DNA of 32,349 nucleotides from Elusimicrobiota bacterium (GCA_043819795.1 JBDREN010000019.1:1-32349), one strand, 5' to 3'; positions 30,401 to 32,349 are shown, counted from the first letter of the stretch. A program made the numbers and translations. The notes: a model not told the origin generated them from the sequence alone.

Positions 30401-32349
30401 CTGTGTTGGAGCTCAAGGTCACGTCCGAGGAGGAGTTGAGCTCGATCCCGTCGGCCATGCTCGAGTGGGAGAGGTTGGCTGTCAAAGTGTTGAAGGGGGA
30501 GTTCTCGATGTACAAGCCGCTGTCAGTATTGTTGTGTGTCTCATTGCCGGTCAAGGTGTTGCTGGAGGAGGCGCTCATCAGATTGATGCCCCGGTCGTCG
30601 TTGCCGTAGGTCTCGTTGTCGGCCAATCCGTTGTCGGAAGAGCCGGACATATAGATGCCTTGGAAGTGATTGGCGTAGCTATGGTTCGACTCCACGACGT
30701 TCGCGGAAGAGGTGTTGAGTTCTATGCCGTCGTCCTTGTTGGCATGCGTGCTGTTGGCGCTCAGCGTGCTGTGGGACACGTCGTGCAGGTGGATGCCGTC
30801 ATACTCGCTGAGATAGACGTTGTTCTCGGTCAACGTGATGTTGTCGGAGCCGTCGATGTAGACGCCGTAGGAGCCGGCGCGGATGGCGCAGCTCGAGATG
30901 GAGCCCCGGACTTCGGCGCCGTCGAAGGTGATGCCGTACTTGGAGGCGGCGTTGGCGCCCAGGTAGGCGAACTCGCCGTGGGCGAGGCTGAAGCTGGTGG
31001 CGTTGCGGGCGAGGTTGCGGATGTAGGCCGAATCGCCGGTGGTGGCGGTCCCCGACGAGCGGACGAGCACGTTGCGGGTCAGGTTGGCCACGACGACGGG
31101 GGTCGTGGCGGTCAACGTGCGCGCAACGGATATCCCGCCGGTCCAGTCGATGGTGAGCGTGCCGCCGCCGCTGATGCCCGTGATGACCTTGCTCTCGACA
31201 GCGTTCGTATCGGTGCCGGTCGTGGGGCCGATGGTGAAGAGGTCGCCCTCGGCCCAGGCCGTGGCGCTGGAGGCGGCGATGGTCAACTGGATCCCGCTCG
31301 CCGAGATGCCGGCTAAAGCGAAGCCGTAGGGTGTTTTGGTGGCTCCGCGGACCGTGAAGTCGGCTCCGTCCTGCACGATCAGGCCGTACTGCCCGGCCGT
31401 CTGGCCGTAGGCCAGCACCAGATGCGCGGTCGTGCCCGTGGGGATGGGATCGGCCTCGGTGCCCATGTCCAGGTGCCCGCCCGCCTCCACCGTGAGGTCG
31501 CCCTGGACCACAGTGAAGCTCGACTGCCCGACGCGGCTGAACTTGAGCGTCCCCGAGACGGTGGTAGTCGAGGCCGTGGCCGCGGTGTCGTCCAACGTCA
31601 CCGTATGTCCGGCCGCGACCGTGACCTCGTTGCAGGCGGCGGGCGCGAAGCCCAGGTTCCAGGTGGAGGCCGAGGACCAGTCGCCGGTCTGCGTGCTCGT
31701 CAGCGCCTTGCATCCCCAGATCACCTTGTGGTTCGGGTCGTTGTCGTGGTCCTCGCCCCAAAGATCGCCGAGAGCGGCGTTCACACCGCGGAACGCCCAA
31801 TCCAGCCCCGAGTCGGTTCCCGTCACGCGCACGTTGTAGGCCGAGTCGAAGCCGTGCGAGGAGCGGTTCAGGCCGAAGGTCACGTCGTAAAAGGTGGCCG
31901 CAGAGGTCAGGTCCCGGGCGGTGATGTAAGCATTGGTGCCCGAGGCGAAGCCCAGGTAGTCGAACGTGGACGTCGAGATGGAGATGCCGGCCGAGCCCGA
32001 GAACTGGAAGCCGCCCGGGTCCATGTTCGTCATTGATGAATAGCCGGCGGTGAAGGCCCCAGAGTCCACGAAGGTGTAATAGGTCCCGCCCGAAAGCATG
32101 TCCACGAGCGTGTGTCTGCTGGCGATCCCCTGAAGCACGACGCCGGCGTCCGTGCCCACGATGAGCTTGGAGCGTCCGTCCCTGAAAGACGGTTCGGACG
32201 GCCCGAAAAGCAGCTGCTTCTGCCGGTTCTGCACCGGCGAGGCGGCGATGAGCGCGAAATCGAGCGCGTCGCCCTCAACCGCCGAGCCGCCCTGGATCAA
32301 GGCCAGGCCGAACTGCGTGAAGTCGGTGGGACCGGCGCAGGTGCCCGGG
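2352..32349 (-). CDS. Giant multidomain surface protein, main frame, 5'-partial (G8/beta-helix modules, FG-GAP propellers, FN3-like repeats); true coding in this frame ends at ~2931 (frameshift)
   Basis: 9982-aa ORF with GC-ending codon bias and a coherent repeat architecture. The frame stays open upstream of 32300 (32348: PGTCAGPTDFTQFGLALIQGG, matching the internal repeat PGTCAGPTDFTQFGLALSQGG), so the real start lies beyond the window. The last ~193 codons (2930-2352) are out-of-frame Arg/Gly-rich sequence. Confidence 0.95.
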   Translation of the reverse strand, partial: PGTCAGPTDFTQFGLALIQGGSAVEGDALDFALIAASPVQNRQKQLLFGPSEPSFRDGRSKLIVGTDAGVVLQGIASRHTLVDMLSGGTYYTFVDSGAFTAGYSSMTNMDPGGFQFSGSAGISISTSTFDYLGFASGTNAYITARDLTSAATFYDVTFGLNRSSHGFDSAYNVRVTGTDSGLDWAFRGVNAALGDLWGEDHDNDPNHKVIWGCKALTSTQTGDWSSASTWNLGFAPAACNEVTVAAGHTVTLDDTAATASTTTVSGTLKFSRVGQSSFTVVQGDLTVEAGGHLDMGTEADPIPTGTTAHLVLAYGQTAGQYGLIVQDGADFTVRGATKTPYGFALAGISASGIQLTIAASSATAWAEGDLFTIGPTTGTDTNAVESKVITGISGGGTLTIDWTGGISVARTLTATTPVVVANLTRNVLVRSSGTATTGDSAYIRNLARNATSFSLAHGEFAYLGANAASKYGITFDGAEVRGSISSCAIRAGSYGVYIDGSDNITLTENNVYLSEYDGIHLHDVSHSTLSANSTHANKDDGIELNTSSANVVESNHSYANHFQGIYMSGSSDNGLADNETYGNDDRGINLMSASSSNTLTGNETHNNTDSGLYIENSPFNTLTANLSHSSMADGIELNSSSDVTLSSNTAYLNADDGIEIGSSSEVTLTSNTVYLNASRGIWLNGSSKNTVAGNAAYDNDSGIGLGGSSNNTLDGNEAHSNTAYGIVLSASSDDNSFVANGVHDNSGSGIAAFDSDGNAFASNDVHSNSFDGFWSSGTSNSTLVSNRFYSNSRYGLYVDGASTTTVAGGGFGYDQAGATAANATSEIYFDTAESEDLVLKGVRVNPAVGISTAGFNREGNYLLSYDQDLDTGTLRLWGDYLVSASTLTLDYATRLYASTATTPKLMRGSGHSAEVCSTSDADALSQLITIERVSGSWQVRGSSSGALGAISPGTCAGPTDFTQFGLALSQGGSPQDGDRLDFALLAASPVQNLQKQLLFGPSASSFRDGRSRLRVEADGGVVLQGMETAYTVTNMLAGGTYYTFVDSGAFTAGHSSMTNMDPGGIQLSGSDGVWISTSSFDYLGFASGTNAYITARDITSTAIFPRVSFGLSRSSQGFDSAHNVRVEGGDAGLDWTFTGTSALLGDRWGGVYDDDPNGKVSWTDDICDFAPASVQSGDWSAALLWDSGFVPTGCNAVTITAGHTVTVGTTTATASTTTVSGTLTFSRVAQSSLTLVGGDITVEAGGHLDMGTEADPIPSGTTAHLILASGTVAGQYGLIVQDGGDFTVRGATKSPYGFALAGIGASATQLDIAASSATAWAVGDAITIGPTGGSGTGATEEKIITDISGGATLTVAWSGTLASARVLTDTSPIIVANLTRNVLVRSSGAIVDGAGANSAYIRNLAQNTTSFDLAYGELAYLGANASGKYGVTFDGTGVKGSISSSTLRHGYRGIHTSATGANAFERNLIHKSSAHGVFLSNSSGNTYTENCVQANESYGFYLSGSSGNTLASNRSFSNQGDGVFLTGSSNNTLSDNRLYSNANGVHLDSSSDDNTLSANSAYSNGSRGLYLSQSSSNTLASNAVYSNTLQGAFLDSSSDHNTFIANNIYANSSYGIDLKDSGGNILIEDRLGYDDTGADRPNATAELYFDPSGAEDLTIKGARINPAAGLSISGFNKEGNYLVSYNQDLDTGTVRVWGDYLLYGSTLALDHSTRLYASTATTPRLMRGTGHSVSIDSTGDANALSQLITFEFRSGEWHVDGSSSGVDMISPFTGSPTDLAIPSSNAQVTVDFTDGGSPQEGDRVDFVLVAASQDQNVQKQLLFGPSAASYRDGRSKLTVAADAGVVLKGVDGAHTLVDMLAGSTYYAFVDSGAFTAEYSSMTNMDPGGIQLSGTAGVSITTSTFDYLGFASGTNAYITARDLASVGTFYDVTFGLSRSSHGFDSAHNVRVEQPDSSLQWLFWGRLGPIWGEERDDDPNNKVLWECKTLTSVQSGAWSSASTWDHGFAPAACNGAVVAAGHTVTVAVTTATASTTTVQGVLAFSRVSHSSLTLVGGDLTVEAGGHLDMGTEADPIPSGTTAHLILASGTVAGQYGLIVQDGGDFTVRGATKTPASVAIGDLTTSDNQLTLSAAPTAWEVGDVITIGPTQGDGAGTTEERTITGIAGAVVTVNLNFSDDHYTTSTIRAGNLTRNVLVRSSGTDTGGDTAYIRNLAQNATSFSLTYGEFAHLGANASGRYGIAFDGAGVQGSISSSTVRQGYRGIYLSGASGNTLARNLVYDNASHGVHLDGASGNDLTSNDSYANSAGGFYLASSGSSGNVLSSNKAFSNAAEGIALLNAPDNTLESNGSYCNSDAGIDLNGSSRNTLTSNESYLNLTEGVSLTDSSSNTLAGNSLYYNSSHGAYLSGSSSNTLVSNNVYANSGYGVYPDSSMANLLAGDGLGYDASGAGLPDATAEIYFNTSNSESLTLEGVRVNPAAGLSMDGFNREGNCLLSYNHHLDTGTVRVWGDCTLSGETLTLAYANRLYASTATAPRLMRGTGHSAEVCSTSDAEALGQVITIERAAGAWRVLGSSSGVLGAITPGTCASPTDFTQFELALSQGGSPEDGDRLDFALLAASEDQNVQKQLLFGPSVSPFHDGRSKLTIAPDAGIVLQGVDGAHTLVDMLAGSTYYTFVDSGAFTAQYSSMTNMDPGGMQLSGSGGVSLSDSTFDYLGFASGTNAYITARSLTSSVAMSSVTFGLSRSSHGFDSAYNVRVEGTDSGLGWAFNTAGGALWGEDYDDDANNKVVWQTCGPTASAQTGDWSAGTTWDLGLKPQACNPVTVASGHTVTVDDTDATAAATTVRGTLKFSRVSHSSLTLVGGDLTVEAGGHLDMGTEAAPIPSGTTAHLVLAYGSSAGQYGLIVEDGGDFTVRGSTKSPYGLALSSISAGVTSLTIPASSAAGWQAGDAITIGPTSGAGPDATEERIVTGISGTDPLTVSWSDALLSDHILTDTSPIVVANLTRNALVRSSGTDTAANSSYIQNLARNATSFSLAYGEFAYLGALASSKYGITFDGAGVRGSISSSTIREGYTGVYVTEGAADLARNLVYKNALDGIYIRTSSGNTLDANNSYANWNYGIRFSGASDSILTGNRSYSNTNRSIYLSGNSNNNIFVSNASYCNSTHGMYLVSSSSSALESNDVYSNAGYGVYISNSSDDTLALNNVYANSSFGIYLDSFSDSALISNNSFNNSLGIYVRNASGDSLVGGSLGYTPSGESSPNATGEFQLDTGTSSDLTLKQVRVNPANGVSPDGFNREGNHVISYDQSSDTGTIRLWGDYAVSGSTLTVDYAAQLHASAASLPILVRGTGHSAAVDQTYDADALSQLITIEYRGGQWHVDGSSSGADMDSFPGNVTDQNIPASSSQFRLDFTAGGSPAEGDRLDFVLIAASGDQNVQKRLLFGPGASSFREGRSKLTAAADAGIVLKGVDGTLTVVDMLAASTYYTFVDSGAFTAEYSSMTNMDPGGLQLSGSAGVSIATTSFDYMGFASAANAYITARDLTSALTLHGVGFGLSRSSHGFASADNVRVEGSDANLQWSFVGRHGPLWGEKHDDDPNDKVTWECRPLTSAQSGPWSSASTWDLDFVPTDCTSVTVAPAHTVTVDITTATASTTTVSGTLAFSRVAHSSLTIAESDLTIEPGGHLDMGTEADPIPAGTTAHLVLASGTVAGQYGLIVQDGGNFTVRGSTKSPYGFALGSISAGGTSLTVSIDGATGWTVGDTITIGPTSGNGASSTEERIITGISGGGTLTIDWSGGLTNARVLTGTSPIVVANLTRNVLVRSSGTDTSGDTAYIRNLTANATSFSLAYGEFAHLGTMAASKYGITFDGAGVRGSVSSCTVRQGYGGIVVMGASSNTFTHNLAYENALDGIYAENSSNNTFAYNNLVSNSLYGIRLNVASNNTVAGNYSYSNAGSNCGVCLNESNHNIIDSNSSYSNAGIGFDIDNSSHNTLSSNDSHSNLGYGYYIHGSAASTNTFVSNNAYANLSYGFYLADWAIGNTLISNDSFSNTDYGIIILDAFDTVVVGGSFGYDASGTPAPNSSAEILINAADTGELTLKDVRVNPATGVSADGFNKEGNYVISYAQDSDTGTIRLWGDYAISGSTLTLDYATRLYASTAAAPRLMRGSGHSAGVVLSYDAEAVSQLITIEHRAGLWHVDGSVSGADMESFPGSVTDQDIPAANSQFRLDFTDGGSAAEGDRVDFALIAASQDQSAQKRLLFGPGASSFREGRSQLTVAADGGIVLRGVDGAHTLVDMLSGSTYYTFVDSGAFTADYSSMTNMDPRGLQLSGSAGVFISTTVFDYMGLASGTNAYITARDLSSQITLDQVGFKLSRSSHGFDSAYNVRVEGDDSNLQWLFVGRVGTLWGEDFDEEPANKVGWGCRSLVSAQDGAWSSGSTWELGFVPTDCNAVTVAAGDTVTVDDTAATASTMTVQGTLKFSRVSHSSLTMVEGDLTVEAGGHLDLGTEADPIPTGIDAHLVLALGRTAGQYGLIIQDGGDFTVRGATKTPTAAPSSDISAGQTTAILAETIASLGWETGDLATFAPTQGSGPSATEKKTISGTLANFLTVDSNFSAVHYATGAALVSDLTRNVLVRSSGTDTAGDTAYIRNLARNATSFSLSYGEFEYLGANASGKYGITFDGAAVEGSISSSTMREGYIGIYVNGADANTFSHNLLYNNASHGVFLDNAANGNAVSYNHSFVNAGYGVFLQSSSDNNFLTHNKVYSNSNWSVYLNSCDDNTFASNDLFSNASFGVYPSGSSDGNLFVANRVHSNADRGIHLYNSNDNVFVSNDVYSNSGYGLSTRGSLDTVFIEGSLGYDPAGPSAPNASAEIFFDASDSESLTVKAARVNPAVGISTEGFNRGGDCLLTYNQDLDTGTVRVWGDCALSGQTLTLDHSAQIYASTTTVPKLMRGSGHSASLDQTYDAQALSQLITIEYRGGQWHVDGSSSGVDMDGFPGSVAGRDIPPGSPQFRLDFTPGGSPEEGDRLDFALLAASRDASVQKRLLFGPAAASFRGGRSKLALASDAGVVLRGIKGTHTLVDMMAGSTYYTFVDSGAFTAEYSSMTNMDPGGMQLTGSGGVAISSSVFDYLGFASGTNAYITARDLTSSATFYSVTFGLSRSSHGFDSAHNVRVETGDSNLEWRFRGENGPLWGEDHDDELGGGVSVIWSDRPPDGPAVAAVHLSSITVTWGQVFSDGYSVDASTAPDFSGAILSSATFVVALTTLTTQGLAPNTTYYIRAGALWVDVTTYTDAAPASTSTLADLVTSDQFFGIFVTSVTVNWEPLPTAAQEGSSSTAEGYLVEASTAPDFTGALFSSATPNVELSTLTVSGLEPYVPYHFRIGSLNWNGAPHFTVLGATTPSVFKVVDLLGSGGDSQGLAWGDYDGDGDLDLAVANRSGADELIARNNGDGTFSTFTLTGTAGDSAGVAWADYDGDGDLDLAVANLSGQDEYIARNDGGGSFTRFDLTGIGGDSYGVAWGDYDNDGDLDLAVANKSGQDETLARNNGDGTFSTFTLTGTGGNSYGVAWGDYDNDGDLDLAVANYNGDEDAIARNEGGGTFSTFTLTGTDVDSRGIAWGDYDNDGDLDLAAAVSNGDEYIARNDGGGTFSTFTLAGSGGNSFAIAWGDYDNDGDLDLAVAKYGGADEYVARNDGGGTFTRFTLQSTGRNSVALSWGDYDGDGDLDLAVANYSGQDTYIARNDAVIAHNSPSAPAAGFAASFSEYSEFSSSGVLRVQWDDGSDVENSTASLRYFVRVGTTVAGSSTTIKIPPLYGTDGLSGGGSFLYSTKVSPSQRGLEVILQKESTAYWAVVTEDGESLRSPESAEQTTSLVAPAAVTDLYAALSADGLGASTMSVTLTWTAPGDAVYAGAITGGEYDIRYSTFTPMTSTAAFANASYRVAIATSVSPGDAQVHTLTGLDYSATHYFAITTKDGLGVRSPLSNATTAESYIEVLAGMSGDSMGAAWGDFDNDGDLDLVAANASGQDEYIAENNGDGTFSTFTLTGTAGDSAAIAWGDFDNDGDLDLAVANAGTEDEYVARNDGAGVFTKLVLNGSGGNSSGIAWGDYDNDGDLDLAVANDGGQDTFIARNDGDGSFSTFTLTGSGGNSAGIAWGDYDNDGDLDLAVANDGGQDEYIAQNNGDGTFSTFTLTGTGGSSYGLAWGDYDDDGDLDLAVANHGGEDEYIARNDGGGTFTKVTLTGTGGDSLGIVWGDYDNDGDLDLAVANGSGQDGYVARNDGSGTFSTFTLINAGGESVGISWGDYDDDGDLDLAVANFAEDQYLARNDIVIAHNSPSAPGSGFSASFSEYSEFSSSGVLSVQWDDGSDVENSTGSLRYFVRLGTTVAGSSTTFKLPARYSTDGYSGGSFLYSTKISSSQRGMKLIFQKETTAYWAVLTEDGESLRSPESAEQTTEVAAPDAVTDLHATITEGGLGFSTMSVTLTWTAPGDSGYLGAITGGAFEIRYSTFTPMTSAGAFVNASYAVVLATSVSPGDGQVHTLTGLDYTTTHYFAITTKDGLGVRSALSNAATAQSYIRVLAGTVGNSMGAAWGDYDADGDLDPAVANRNGQDEYIAHNNGDGTFSTFTLAGMGGDSYGIAWGDFDNDGDLDLAVSNTNGEDGYVARNDGGGAFTRISLSGSGGNSAGIAWGDYDNDGDPDLAVANRGTEDEFIARNNGDGTFSTFTLTGTGGDSMGVAWGDYDNDGDLDLAVANQAGENEYIARNDGSGTFTRIVLSGTGGDSVGLAWGDYDNDGDLDLAVANAGTEDEYVARNDGGGTFTRVVLSGTGGYSQGVSWGDYDNDGDLDLAVANYGDDGYLARNNGDGAFSKLTLTGTGGNSVGISWGDYDDDGDLDLAVANTNSDDEYLARNDADLAHNDPAAPSSGFSDSFSEYSEFSSSGVLTLGWGDGSDVENSTASLRYLVRVGTTVAGSSTTLKLPARHGHDGLSGGSFLYSTKISSSQRGMKIVLQKETTAYWAVATEDGELRRSPESAEQTTEVVAPAGVTDLRVSAIVSTGLGASSMTVTLTWTAPGDSGRAGAITAGAFDIRYSTFTPMTSTGAFANAPVSVVIATSVSPGDPQAYTFEFFDAAATYYFGITTTDGMGVRSSLSNPATAQSYIQALFGSSGDAYDVAWADYDNDGDLDFAVANTNSREDYIARNDGGGFFSTFTVAGTDVFSSGLAWGDYDNDGDPDLAVAEAGGQDNYLLRNDGGAFTKIALTGFGGNSKAVAWGDYDNDGDLDLAVANALGEDEYLARNEGGGTFTKITLTGTGGNSKDLAWADYDNDGDLDLAVANGDGNQDEYIARNNGDGTFTKTTSLDGTGDNSTALAWGDYDNDGDLDLAVANTNNQDEYVARNDGGGTFTKVAIAGTGGFSFDIACADHDSDGDLDLVVANNFELDYIAYNNGDGTFAKLALRETGGDSFAAAWGDLDGDGDPDLAVGESGADDFIVRNDTGTVNAAPSSPSLSASDLGLEYGTDTSTLTVKWDAGDYDGNGATTTVYYALAMATQPISVSADGRRITGPSSFVLPWANGTPLLGHYLRPAYRVWPGDASPKHGVPLRLDLLGNALKSDATYYFRLQAVDLGLARSSWSVEISSYVYKELPPASRTVTDVSTHSLSVSYSTVAAGGYFVDASTAADFTGVLFSSATAELGVSTLTSYGLAPNTTYYLRMGALWRTTTSYGLSVPAATSTLAALPLSAPATFSAVADQSFTGAWEANGNPAGTLYEAVVSTETPLVIAHTGNVTVSTRPSGPPSADFTGLTPDTTYYLFVRGVNYNAIPTAYGAFGSTSTLASPPTGVNIAGAHLSTMTVAWSTVTSQGYLVEASSTDFDGAGVVYASFTANGALGALRVESLEANTTYYLRVGAVNWNSVPDYAAAGSSSTLAEPVSGAQVYSVFTDSVTLNWRPLPPVPQSVSAESYLVQASTASDFSGGIFSSSTAGVEPSTLTVTGLTGGVTYYFRVGSINWESVANYVSAGSTLTYNPAPVAPAVDSAFLSSITVSWTPVYPEEGYVLDASTAPDFSGTVLSSATPSAAAASLTVEGLAVNTTYHLRAGAVRGGATSYAFTAPPSTATLADVPGPAAPAILGVSSFSLAAQWADGGNPAGTLYALEASSTGFDGSGALVSSDTLAFSATVRLLLSDTTYYLRVKAVNRNGVPTAPLALGSTSTLASPPGSVGVAVVHPSSMTVTWNAVTAQGYLVEASSTDFDGTGMVYSSSTANGGLGALTVQSLEENTTYQVRVGAVNWNGVPNYAAGGSSSTLAEEVIGPQVLEVFTTSATVNWQPRPAAPQEATAEGYLLEASTTSGFTGGILSSSTAGVEPSTLTVTGLTGGTTFYFRAGSLNWAGAPNFISAGSTYTHTPAPDDPVLDAVFGSSIAASWSGFDPDGGYALEASTAPDFTGAILSSTTANGSLTALTVEGLAFNTTYYLRAGAVWSGSTFYALAVPASTSTLAREPGAAAPAFPAVFVSSMSAQWTDGGNPAGTRYVLEASSAGFAADTALVSSETLDTTAFVETLLEDTTYALRVKAVNHNGLESAYLAVGSTSTLAARPSGVSIAAAHHSSMTAAWTTVTSQGYLVEASSTDFDGAGTVYSSATVDSGIGTLSLQGLEANTTYYVRVGALNWNGAPNFAFGGSSSTLADPVGGAQVFAVFTTSAAVNWRPLPPAPQSASAEGYLLQACAIPDFSSGILSSSTAGVEPSTLTVTGLSGGVTYYFRVGSLNWPSEPHFVSVGSSLAGAPTPAGPAVAAAFMSSVTASWGGVDPDGGYVLDASTAADFTGTLYSSATPNGALNSLTVEGLALNTTYYLRAGAVWAGVTSYTPTTPASTATLANEPGAPPPGVLEVFVSSISAQWADGGNPAGTRYLLQASSAGFAASTTMASSETLQTSAFVESLQEDTTYELRVTAVNRNGVPSAYLALGSTSTLALPPVSGGVAAVYASSITAAWDTVGAPGYLVQASSTGFDGTGTVHSSSTADGWTGSLTVESLTSDTTYTLRVRAVNHNGIPSAYLTLGSSSTLAQSPPNANVAAVLPSSMTVSWDAVTSQGYRVEASSTDFDGAGAVYSSSTADGGLGGLTVEGLEANTTYAIRVAALNWSGEPNYASGGSSSTLADAAAGARVHAVFTTSATVNWLPLPAAPQSATAEGYVLEASTAPDFSGAVLSSSTAAVEPSTLTVTGLTGGASYYYRVGSLNWAGLPNYAAAGSAFTGAPAPGTPAVDAVHYSSITVSFVGAGADPDGGYVLDASTAADFSGTVLSSATPSASLTTLSVESLALNTTYYLRAGAVWSGTPSYEPATPSSTATLAGDPAAAAATFLEIFVSSVTAQWDAAGNPAGTLYEAVASTGAPLVGTHSGDVAVSTRPSGTPSVGFPGLTPDTTYYLFVRAVNHDAIPSGYAALGSTSTLTQRPANAGVTEAQRSTMTVAWDTVSSRGYLVEASSTDFDGSGTLYSSATANAGLGSLTLDALEANTTYHVRVGALNWNSAPNYASAGSSSTLSEPVSGAQVFAVFNASVTLNWQPLPTAPQAASAEGYRVEASTSPDFSGTVLSSATPVVTGSTLTVSGLTGSATYYFRVGSLNWAGRPLFVDAGSTVTAPPPPAAPVVDSVFLSSITASWTSVDSSDGYVLEASTASDFTGTIVSSITADGGTTALTVEALEVNTTYYLRVGALWPATTAYLRTTPASTATLAAEPAAPAAAFTAVSASSLTVRWTAGGNPAGTLYEATVSTETPLVAANSGNVTVSTRPLGSLSADLAGLTPDTTYYLFARSQSQRRAQRLPRARIHLDAGPTAGEREPAGGPQQLHDRGLGQRDVPGLCRGGLVEGLRRDRDGIPLLDGLRRARDLGRRGPRVQHDLSGPGGGPELEFGAQLRRGRLELHSGRAGRRGAGPLGLHDERDGQLAAAPGVPALRHGRGLPTGGLHHARLLGDGILLGHPERGRVHPGHRGPDRERDLLPPSRLA
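2929..2939 (-). other. Apparent 2-nt deletion frameshift in a short GC dinucleotide run
   Basis: The minus strand reads TTC GCG CGC A GTC AAT. Paralogous repeats read TTC GTG CGG GCG GTC AAC (~1780), TTC GTG AGG GCG GTC AAC (~4080) and TTC GTC CGG GGC GTC AAC (~8915), i.e. F-V-R-A/G-V-N. This copy is two nucleotides short. Confidence 0.9.
9435..9875 (-). other. FN3-like domain with long insertion following the last propeller
   Basis: NAAPSSP...LTVKWDAG...VYYAL...LKSDATYYFRLQAVDLGLARSSWSVE. Confidence 0.6.
9876..10889 (-). repeat. FG-GAP/VCBS 7-repeat beta-propeller #4
   Basis: Seven ~49-aa repeats with [WC][GA]D[YHL]D.DGD[LP]D; the most divergent of the four blocks. Confidence 0.88.
11628..12641 (-). 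repeat. FG-GAP/VCBS 7-repeat beta-propeller #3
   Basis: Seven repeats of GG[DN]S.G.AWGDYDNDGDLDLAVAN....DEY.ARN.G.GTF. Confidence 0.9.
13377..14390 (-). repeat. FG-GAP/VCBS 7-repeat beta-propeller #2
   Basis: Seven repeats with the same consensus and a ~147-nt period. Confidence 0.9.
15129..16145 (-). repeat. FG-GAP/VCBS 7-repeat beta-propeller #1
   Basis: Seven repeats with the same consensus and DxDxDG Ca2+-binding-type loops. Confidence 0.9.
16146..16727 (-). repeat. Two FN3-like domains (types a and d of the C-terminal array)
   Basis: SSITVTW...GYSVDASTAPDF...GLAPNTTYYIRAGALW and SVTVNWEPLP...AEGYLVEAST...YHFRIGSLNW. Confidence 0.82.
16728..32349 (-). repeat. Tandem large modules: G8-like domain + right-handed parallel beta-helix (PbH1/NosD-like) + beta-rich cap; six complete (starts 31712, 28850, 26396, 23978, 21545, 19094) and one partial
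   Basis: Each unit begins C...S.Q.G.WS....W..G..P..C..V.VA.GHTVT....T.V.GTL.FSRV...L.VE.GGHLD[ML]GTEA.PIP (G8-like). It continues W..GD..TIGPT...NLTRNVLVRSSG, then ~23-aa G[IVLF].L..SS.N....N..Y.N coils, then FVDSGAFTA.YSSMTNMDP.G...WGE..DD. Unit lengths are about 954, 818, 806, 811, 817 and 789 aa. Confidence 0.9.

Noticed and set aside
17785..30870. Diversity-generating retroelement target (AAC-rich variable cores)
   Set aside because: No template/variable repeat pair differing only at adenines, and no reverse transcriptase in the window.
32298..32300. ORF-track start codon (TTG) of the 9982-aa ORF
   Set aside because: The frame is open upstream to the window edge and is mid-repeat, with no signal peptide; this is an internal Leu.
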